From an uncultured Anaerolineae bacterium (GTDB taxonomy: Bacteria > Chloroflexota > Anaerolineae > VGOG01), in the NCBI GenBank assembly GCA_964592085.1, contig CAZQDO010000002.1:1-40634 (forward strand): 40,634 nt of DNA. The letters run 5' to 3'. Below are positions 16,188-21,964 of this stretch, in pieces; the stretch's first letter is position 1; every line of letters starts with the position of its first letter. The translations under genes and the position numbers were made by a program. Under the pieces are notes generated by a model that worked only from the letters and a program-made list of their open reading frames with translations, did no database searches and was not told where the DNA came from.

Positions 16188-17248
16188 GGCATTGGATGTT
16201 TGTTTGCCTTATCGTGGTCGTGGTGTTGCTGGTCATTCTGTTGGTCGGCCCCTTGGTGATCCCCTTGCCTCCGCTGGAGGGCGCTGTGCCGCCGCAGAAG
16301 TTGGCCGATCCCGACAGCCGTTTCGTTGACATAAACGGCCTACAAGTGCACTACAAGATGGCGGGCCAGGGTGAGCCTACGGCGGAAAACCTCGCGTTGG
16401 TGCTGCTGCACGGCTTCGCTGCCAGCGTCTTCTCCTGGCGCGAAGTCATGGATCCGCTGTCCGAAATCGGCACGGTGATGGCCTTCGACCGGCCCGCCTT
16501 CGGCCTGACCGAGCGCCCCCTGCCGGGCGAGTGGGTGGGTGAGAGCCCCTACGGTGCCGAGGCACAGATAGAGTTGACCGTTGGCTTGCTGGACGAGCTG
16601 GGGTTGGATCGGGCGATTCTGGTGGGCAACTCCGCTGGAGGCACCATCGCTATGCTCACGGCCTTGACCTATCCAGAGCGGGTGCAGGCTTTGGTGCTGG
16701 CGGATCCCGCCGTCTATGCCCACGGTGGCTGGATGGGCCTCGCCCGTTTCTTCGCCAACACGCCGCAGACGCAACGAATTGGGCCGCTGTTAGTTCGGAG
16801 GATCCGCGCCTGGGGGATGGACTTCGCTCGCTCTGCCTGGCACGATCCGTCGAAGATCACAGCCGAGGTTTGGGAGGGATACCTGAAGCCGCTACGGGCG
16901 GAGAACTGGGATCGGGGCCTATGGGAGTGGGTTCGCGCCAGCCAGTCCCACGATTTGGCGGAGCGGCTGGCTGAGATTCGGATGCCCTGCCTGGTCATCA
17001 CCGGCGACGATGACCGCATCGTGCCGGCGGAGCAGAGCGTCCGTCTGGCCGGTGAGCTGCCTGACGCCGAATTGGTGGTCATCCCAGACTGCGGCCACAT
17101 TCCCCACGAGGAGTGCCCGGAGGCGTTTTTGCAGGCAGTGGCCGATTTCTTGGACAAGCTGCCAACTGCTCACCCTCCCGCAGGTTTGGTCGGTGGTATC
17201 GGGCAAAACGTTAACTTCGGGCAAATATCCGGGCACCCTGTCCGATAA
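16184..17248 (+). CDS. membrane-anchored alpha/beta-hydrolase (serine esterase; pheophytinase/MhpC-like fold)
   Basis: GTG 16184 overlaps the SGR stop (GTGA); the alternative ATG is 16196. N-terminal TM helix (FVCLIVVVVLLVILLVGPLV), LLHGFAAS oxyanion region, GNSAGG nucleophile elbow and DCGHIPHEE catalytic His. The last ~29 codons (from ~17160) are encoded by MITE copy 2. Confidence 0.8.
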   Translation: MRHWMFVCLIVVVVLLVILLVGPLVIPLPPLEGAVPPQKLADPDSRFVDINGLQVHYKMAGQGEPTAENLALVLLHGFAASVFSWREVMDPLSEIGTVMAFDRPAFGLTERPLPGEWVGESPYGAEAQIELTVGLLDELGLDRAILVGNSAGGTIAMLTALTYPERVQALVLADPAVYAHGGWMGLARFFANTPQTQRIGPLLVRRIRAWGMDFARSAWHDPSKITAEVWEGYLKPLRAENWDRGLWEWVRASQSHDLAERLAEIRMPCLVITGDDDRIVPAEQSVRLAGELPDAELVVIPDCGHIPHEECPEAFLQAVADFLDKLPTAHPPAGLVGGIGQNVNFGQISGHPVR

Positions 17249-17278
17249 AGGCAACCTGCGGGAGGGTAGGCTGAGTAG
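17166..17278 (+). mobile_element. MITE-like inverted-repeat element, copy 2
   Basis: CTGCTCACCCTCCCGCAGGTT ... AACCTGCGGGAGGGTAGGCTGAGTAG. The interior is homologous to copy 3 (..ATCGGGCAAAACGTTAACTTCGGGCAAAT.. versus ..ATCAGGGAAAACGCTAACTCTGGGCAGAT..). It overlaps the 3' end of the hydrolase ORF and supplies its stop codon. Confidence 0.7.
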
Positions 17279-17296
17279 TCAACTCGAAGGAGGAAG

Positions 17297-18559
17297 ATGA
17301 TGCAACTTCAAGACGTACTGGCTGTTGTGCTCGGCGGCGGGCGGGGAGCCCGCCTGTATCCGCTGACCAAGATGCGAGCCAAACCGGCAGTACCCATCGC
17401 CGGCAAATACCGTCTGATTGACGTCCCTATCAGCAATTGTATCAACTCTGGCATCACCCGCATCTTCGTCCTCACCCAGTTCCTTTCGGCTTCCCTCCAT
17501 CGCCACGTCTATCAGACCTACAAGTTCGATGCCTTCTCCGGAGGCTTCGTCGAGATTCTGGCCGCCGAGCAGACGTTGACCCGAGCCGACTGGTACCAGG
17601 GGACGGCGGACGCGGTTCGCCAACAGGTGCACCGCTTCCTGAGCCGAGAGCCGGAGGACGTGCTGATCCTTGCTGGCGACCACCTCTACCGCATGGACTA
17701 TGGCCAGTTCGTCCGTTTTCATCGGGAGAGCCGGGCCGACGTCACCGTCGCTGTCCTTCCTGTCTCGGCGGCGGATGCGCCCCGCTACGGCATCCTCCAG
17801 ACCAGTGATGAAGGGCGCATTGTCGCCTTCCGGGAGAAGCCTCAGGGGGCAGAGGAACTGGCGGGGCTGGAAAGCCGCCACGGAGACGAACGACCCTACC
17901 TGGCCTCAATGGGCATCTACGTCTTCAGGATGGACGTGCTGGTTCGCCTGCTGCAAGAGAGCAGCGGCGACGATTTCGGCAAGCACGTCATCCCGGCGGC
18001 CATTGAGTCGGTGCGTGTTTACGCCTTCCCCTTCGATGGCTACTGGGAGGACATTGGCACCATCTCCGCTTTCTACGAGGCCAACCTGGCCCTGACTCGG
18101 CAAGACCCGCCCTTTGACTTCTACGATCCCCATCGGCGCATCTACACCCGTCCCCGCTTCCTGCCCCCCTCGCGGATAGATGGCTGCCGGATGGAACGGG
18201 TGGTGGTAGCGGAGGGCTGCTGGCTATACGATTCGGACATTGAGGAATGTATCATTGGCCTGCGCAGCGTGGTGCGACCAGGGGCACAGTTGCGTCAGGT
18301 GGTGATGATGGGGGCCGACTTTTACGAGGACGACGACGAAAGGACGGAAAACCGCCGCCTGGGGCGGCCTCACGTGGGCGTTGGGCAGGGTGCTCACATC
18401 GAACGGGCGATCATTGACAAGAACGCCCGCATTGGGCAGGGGGTCGTCATCCGATCCCACGAGGGAGAGCCGGACCGCGAAGAGGAGCACTACGCCATCC
18501 GAGATGGCATCGTGGTCATCCCCAAGAACGCCGTCATACCGGAGGGGATGACCCTTTGA
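17297..18559 (+). CDS. glgC: glucose-1-phosphate adenylyltransferase
   Basis: [42 protein letters not shown], then the left-handed beta-helix C-terminal region. 420 aa. Confidence 0.9.
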   Translation: MMQLQDVLAVVLGGGRGARLYPLTKMRAKPAVPIAGKYRLIDVPISNCINSGITRIFVLTQFLSASLHRHVYQTYKFDAFSGGFVEILAAEQTLTRADWYQGTADAVRQQVHRFLSREPEDVLILAGDHLYRMDYGQFVRFHRESRADVTVAVLPVSAADAPRYGILQTSDEGRIVAFREKPQGAEELAGLESRHGDERPYLASMGIYVFRMDVLVRLLQESSGDDFGKHVIPAAIESVRVYAFPFDGYWEDIGTISAFYEANLALTRQDPPFDFYDPHRRIYTRPRFLPPSRIDGCRMERVVVAEGCWLYDSDIEECIIGLRSVVRPGAQLRQVVMMGADFYEDDDERTENRRLGRPHVGVGQGAHIERAIIDKNARIGQGVVIRSHEGEPDREEEHYAIRDGIVVIPKNAVIPEGMTL

Positions 18560-18590
18560 AAGAAAGATGAAACGAAAGGAGTCCAGACCA

Positions 18591-20858
18591 ATGAAGAAAG
18601 CGATTCTACTACTCACACTTTTTGCCATGCTGGTGACAGGGAGCGTCGTCACCGCAGCACCACCGAGCCAGGTGCCCGACGGGGAGACGTACATCGTGCA
18701 AGCGGGCGACTGGCTCCTGAAGATCGCCGAGAAGTTCTACGGCGATGCGGCCGCCTACCGCATCATCGTGGAGGCCACCAATGCCAAAGCCGCTGAAGAC
18801 GCCAGCTTTGTCGTGATTGACGACCCTAGCCTGATCAGGGTGGGACAGAAGCTGTGGATCCCATCTCCCGAAGTGGCGACCGAGGTCGTTGCCTACGTGC
18901 CACCTGTGCCCTCCGAAACCCATGATGGATACTGCTGGACCAACTTCTTGAACTCGCCCTACTCGTGGAGCTGTATGGTTGACAGCCAGATTTTCGAGCC
19001 TTGCCTCACCGCGACGAACGGTGAAACCATCGTCTGCAACATTGATCCACTGGACGAGGGCAAGCATTTCGGCCTGAACCTGACTGAACCGCTCCCTGAG
19101 CCGCAAGAAGCTCAACCAGATGCTCCGATATCGGGGATGACCTGGTTGCTGGAATTGGGCGATGGCGTCGTTTGCGGCCTGTTCAGTGGTGCATCCATTG
19201 GGTTCGATGAGAAGCGCGTGAACTACGGCTGCACCGACGGCACGGACATTCTGGGTGACCCGCAGCCCGGCACTGTCTGGACCGTCGAACAAATCGTGGT
19301 GGGTCATGACGAGGACGGTTTCTTCATCGAAGAGTCGGAAATCGTGCCGGTGATCAGAGCCTGGCAGCCAGGTAATCCCACCACCGACGGAAAAGGACTG
19401 ACCCTGGAGGCCCTGCAAAACGCTGTGTATCAGGGCATCTACGACGAACCCGTACAACTGACCGATGGGCAGTACGAAGGCGAGCCCTTCGTTCCAGGTG
19501 GCGCGTCACGGCCAACGGTCACACTGCACCCAGAGGTCTACGCCTTCGGCGATCTCAACGGCGATGGGGTGGACGATGCGGCGGTGATTCTGATCGAGAG
19601 CTCCGGTGGCAGTGGCAGCTTCCTCTATCTGGCGGCCGTCGTCAATGAAAGTGGGGCACCGGTGAACGTCGCTACCCAGTTCGTGGGGGATCGCGAGCAG
19701 GTACAGGCGATCAGCGTTGAGGCTGGTGAGATCACTCTCGAAATGGTCGCCCACGGCCCGGATGATCCCATGTGCTGCCCGACCCAGGAAGTGACGAAGG
19801 TGTACCAGTTGCAGGATGACCAACTGGTTGAGGTGCTCGTGGGTCTGGAAGGCACAACGTGGGTACTGGTCTCTTATGGCGATCCAAGCGATCCTCAGGC
19901 TGTTCTGGAAGGCACTGAGATCACGGTCGTATTCGACAGTGCTGAAGGTAGAGTCAGCGGCTCTGCGGGCTGCAACAGCTACTTCGGGTCGTATGAGGTT
20001 GACGAGGGCACAATCACCTTTGGCCTGCTGGGCGCTACCCTGATGGCGTGCCTTGAGCCAGAAGGGGTCATGGAGCAGGAAGCGGCCTATTTTGCGGCGC
20101 TGGACTCGGTTGTTACCTATCACATTCAGGGTGACAAGCTGGAGATGGGGGATACAGACGGCGCGCTGGTGCTGCAATTCACCGCTGTAAGCGAAGCGGC
20201 GCCGACCGAGGTGGTTGATGGGGAAGCGTACGTCGTGCAACCAGGCGACTGGCTCACGAAGATCGCCAGGAACTTTTACGGTGATGCCGATGCCTACCGT
20301 GTCATCGTGGAGGCCACCAACGCCAAAGCCGCTGATGATGCGAGCTTCGCCATCATTGACAACCCCAGCCTGATCAGAGTGGGGCAGAAGCTATGGATCC
20401 CTGCCCAGCCGGGTAGTCTGACCCTGGAGGCCCTGCGAAACGCTGTGTATCAGGGCATCTACGATGAGCCTGTGCAACTGACCGATGGGAAGTATGAAGG
20501 CGAGTCCTTCGTTCCAGGTGGCGCGTCACGGCCAACAGTCACGCTGTATCCTGAGGTCTACGCCTTCGGCGATCTCAACGGCGATGGGGTAGATGATGCG
20601 GCAGTGATTCTGATCGAGAGCTCCGGTGGCAGTGGCAGCTTCCTCTATCTGGCGGCCGTCCTCAATGAGGGGGGGACACCCGTGAACATCGCTACCCAGT
20701 TCGTGGGGGATCGCGAGCAGGTACAGGCGATCAGCATTGAGGCTGGCGAGGTCACCCTCGAAATGGTCGCCCACGGCCCCGGTGATCCCATGTGCTGTCC
20801 GACCCAGGAAGTCACGAAGAGATATCGGTTGCAGGGCGATCAACTGGTTGAGCTGTGA
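18591..20858 (+). CDS. secreted multidomain protein: LysM - Cys-rich domain - repeat domain R - META (HslJ-like) - LysM - repeat domain R
   Basis: The signal peptide MKKAILLLTLFAMLVTGSVVTAAPP follows AAGGAG. There are two LysM motifs (Y.VQ.GDWL.KIA..FYGD...Y..I..ATN...IRVGQKLWIP). The META-like segment is WVLVSYGD...GSAGCNSYFGSYEV...ATLMAC. The R domain contains FGDLNGDGVDDAAV. Confidence 0.75.
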   Translation: MKKAILLLTLFAMLVTGSVVTAAPPSQVPDGETYIVQAGDWLLKIAEKFYGDAAAYRIIVEATNAKAAEDASFVVIDDPSLIRVGQKLWIPSPEVATEVVAYVPPVPSETHDGYCWTNFLNSPYSWSCMVDSQIFEPCLTATNGETIVCNIDPLDEGKHFGLNLTEPLPEPQEAQPDAPISGMTWLLELGDGVVCGLFSGASIGFDEKRVNYGCTDGTDILGDPQPGTVWTVEQIVVGHDEDGFFIEESEIVPVIRAWQPGNPTTDGKGLTLEALQNAVYQGIYDEPVQLTDGQYEGEPFVPGGASRPTVTLHPEVYAFGDLNGDGVDDAAVILIESSGGSGSFLYLAAVVNESGAPVNVATQFVGDREQVQAISVEAGEITLEMVAHGPDDPMCCPTQEVTKVYQLQDDQLVEVLVGLEGTTWVLVSYGDPSDPQAVLEGTEITVVFDSAEGRVSGSAGCNSYFGSYEVDEGTITFGLLGATLMACLEPEGVMEQEAAYFAALDSVVTYHIQGDKLEMGDTDGALVLQFTAVSEAAPTEVVDGEAYVVQPGDWLTKIARNFYGDADAYRVIVEATNAKAADDASFAIIDNPSLIRVGQKLWIPAQPGSLTLEALRNAVYQGIYDEPVQLTDGKYEGESFVPGGASRPTVTLYPEVYAFGDLNGDGVDDAAVILIESSGGSGSFLYLAAVLNEGGTPVNIATQFVGDREQVQAISIEAGEVTLEMVAHGPGDPMCCPTQEVTKRYRLQGDQLVEL
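19398..19835 (+). repeat. intragenic duplication, unit 1 (domain R)
   Basis: A near-identical nucleotide copy lies exactly 1020 nt downstream (20418-20855), with scattered, mostly third-position or conservative substitutions by eye. Confidence 0.85.
20418..20855 (+). repeat. intragenic duplication, unit 2 (domain R)
   Basis: Copy of 19398-19835. It runs to the last sense codon of the gene. Confidence 0.85.
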
Positions 20859-20867
20859 GATAAGGTA

Positions 20868-20901
20868 AGGTGCAACGCACTTTGAGAAGTGCGTTGCACC
20901 T
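20868..20901 (+). terminator. perfect 13-bp stem hairpin after the LysM/META gene
   Basis: AGGTGCAACGCAC - TTTGAGAA - GTGCGTTGCACCT. There is no clean U-tract. Confidence 0.55.
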
Positions 20902-20913
20902 GGCCATATTCTG

Positions 20914-21123
20914 TTTGAGAAGTGGAACATAGACACGGAGGACTGGCGACAGCTAGGCGCGGAGGCCATTGCGTCGACGGTGGTGGACCAGGCATATCCG
21001 GGCGCTATTGTGCTATTCCACGATGGTGGTGGCGATCAGTCCCAGACGGTGGAGGCGTTGGAAACAATCCTCGAGACCCTGAGCAATGAGGGGTACGTTT
21101 TCGAGGTGGTGGTGTGCCCGTAG
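20914..21123 (+). pseudogene. 3' remnant of a polysaccharide deacetylase (NodB-homology) gene
   Basis: The frame is open only from 20869 and has no plausible start. It translates to [13 protein letters not shown]...[11 protein letters not shown]...[22 protein letters not shown], the C-terminal ~70 aa of the NodB fold (W..D..DW, LxHD motif). The N-terminal catalytic motifs are absent. Confidence 0.55.
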
Positions 21124-21149
21124 GGGAGAAACAGGCAAAGCGCTTGAAA

Positions 21150-21206
21150 GTGATTTTCGTCATATACAGACGGTTGCTCTGGTGATATAATGAGGGCAAC
21201 CGTTTT
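21150..21206 (+). promoter_or_regulatory. conserved intergenic promoter/terminator-like module, copy B (upstream of ferritin)
   Basis: GTGATTTTCGTCAT, TATACA, a 17-nt spacer and TATAAT (21186-21191). The hairpin CGGTTGC/GCAACCG brackets the -10-like box and is followed by TTTTT. Confidence 0.6.
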
Positions 21207-21257
21207 TAGGTGAGTGAAGGTCTGCCAAAAAATAAAGAGAAAAGGAGATAAGCAGCG

Positions 21258-21752
21258 ATGTTAAACAAGCCCATGCAGGACGCAATGAACGAGCAGATCA
21301 AGAACGAGCTCTACTCTGCCTACATCTACCTCTCAATGTCAGCCTACTTCGAGGACACCAGTCTCCCCGGCTTTGCCCACTGGATGCGAGTGCAGGCGCA
21401 GGAGGAGCAGGAGCACGCGATGAAGTTCTACCACTTCATCAACGAGCGGGGTGGCCGTGTTGTCCTTCAGGCCATTGATCAGCCGCCTATGGAATTTGAG
21501 TCACCCCTCGATGTGTTCGAGCGCACCCTCGAACATGAGCAGAGAGTGACGGGTTTGATTCATCAACTGTACGCCCTCGGCGTTCAGGAGCAGGACTACG
21601 CCAGCCAGATCTTTCTGCAGTGGTTCGTGACAGAGCAGGTCGAGGAAGAGGCCAACGCTACTCAGATCGTAGAGACGCTGAAGCTCATCGGCGATAAGCG
21701 CCATGCTCTCCTCATGCTGGATCGAGAGCTGGGCAGCCGGGGAGCTGACTAG
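21258..21752 (+). CDS. ftn: ferritin (non-heme, Ftn-type)
   Basis: MNEQIKNELYSAYIYLSMSAYF...HWMRVQAQEEQEHAMKFYHFINERGG contains the ferroxidase-centre Glu/His ligands. 164 aa. Confidence 0.9.
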   Translation: MLNKPMQDAMNEQIKNELYSAYIYLSMSAYFEDTSLPGFAHWMRVQAQEEQEHAMKFYHFINERGGRVVLQAIDQPPMEFESPLDVFERTLEHEQRVTGLIHQLYALGVQEQDYASQIFLQWFVTEQVEEEANATQIVETLKLIGDKRHALLMLDRELGSRGAD

Positions 21753-21810
21753 ACGAGCCACCGGCTGAGAAATGCGTCGGAGTGCGGACGTGGGTCTGCC
21801 CGATGCCTGA

Positions 21811-21870
21811 ATGACTTTTGTCATAGACAGTCGGCTGCCCTGGGGATATGATAAGGGCAGCCATTTTTTT
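21811..21870 (+). promoter_or_regulatory. conserved intergenic promoter/terminator-like module, copy C (between ferritin and copA)
   Basis: Perfect palindrome ATGACTTTTGTCAT (21811-21824), TAGACA, a 17-nt spacer and TATGAT (21847-21852). The hairpin GGCTGCCC/GGGCAGCC is followed by T7. Confidence 0.6.
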
Positions 21871-21964
21871 GAGAACATGGATGGACAGGATTTACGGCTT
21901 ATCCTACCAGTCCGTTAAATCCCGCCAGTCCGTTGTTCCTCTCTTTGGAAAAGGAGGTAACCAA

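Noticed and set aside
21848-21964. N-terminal extension of copA (885-aa version)
   Set aside because: It reads through intergenic module C and its T-run. AAGGAGG and an ATG at 21965 sit directly before the first HMA domain.
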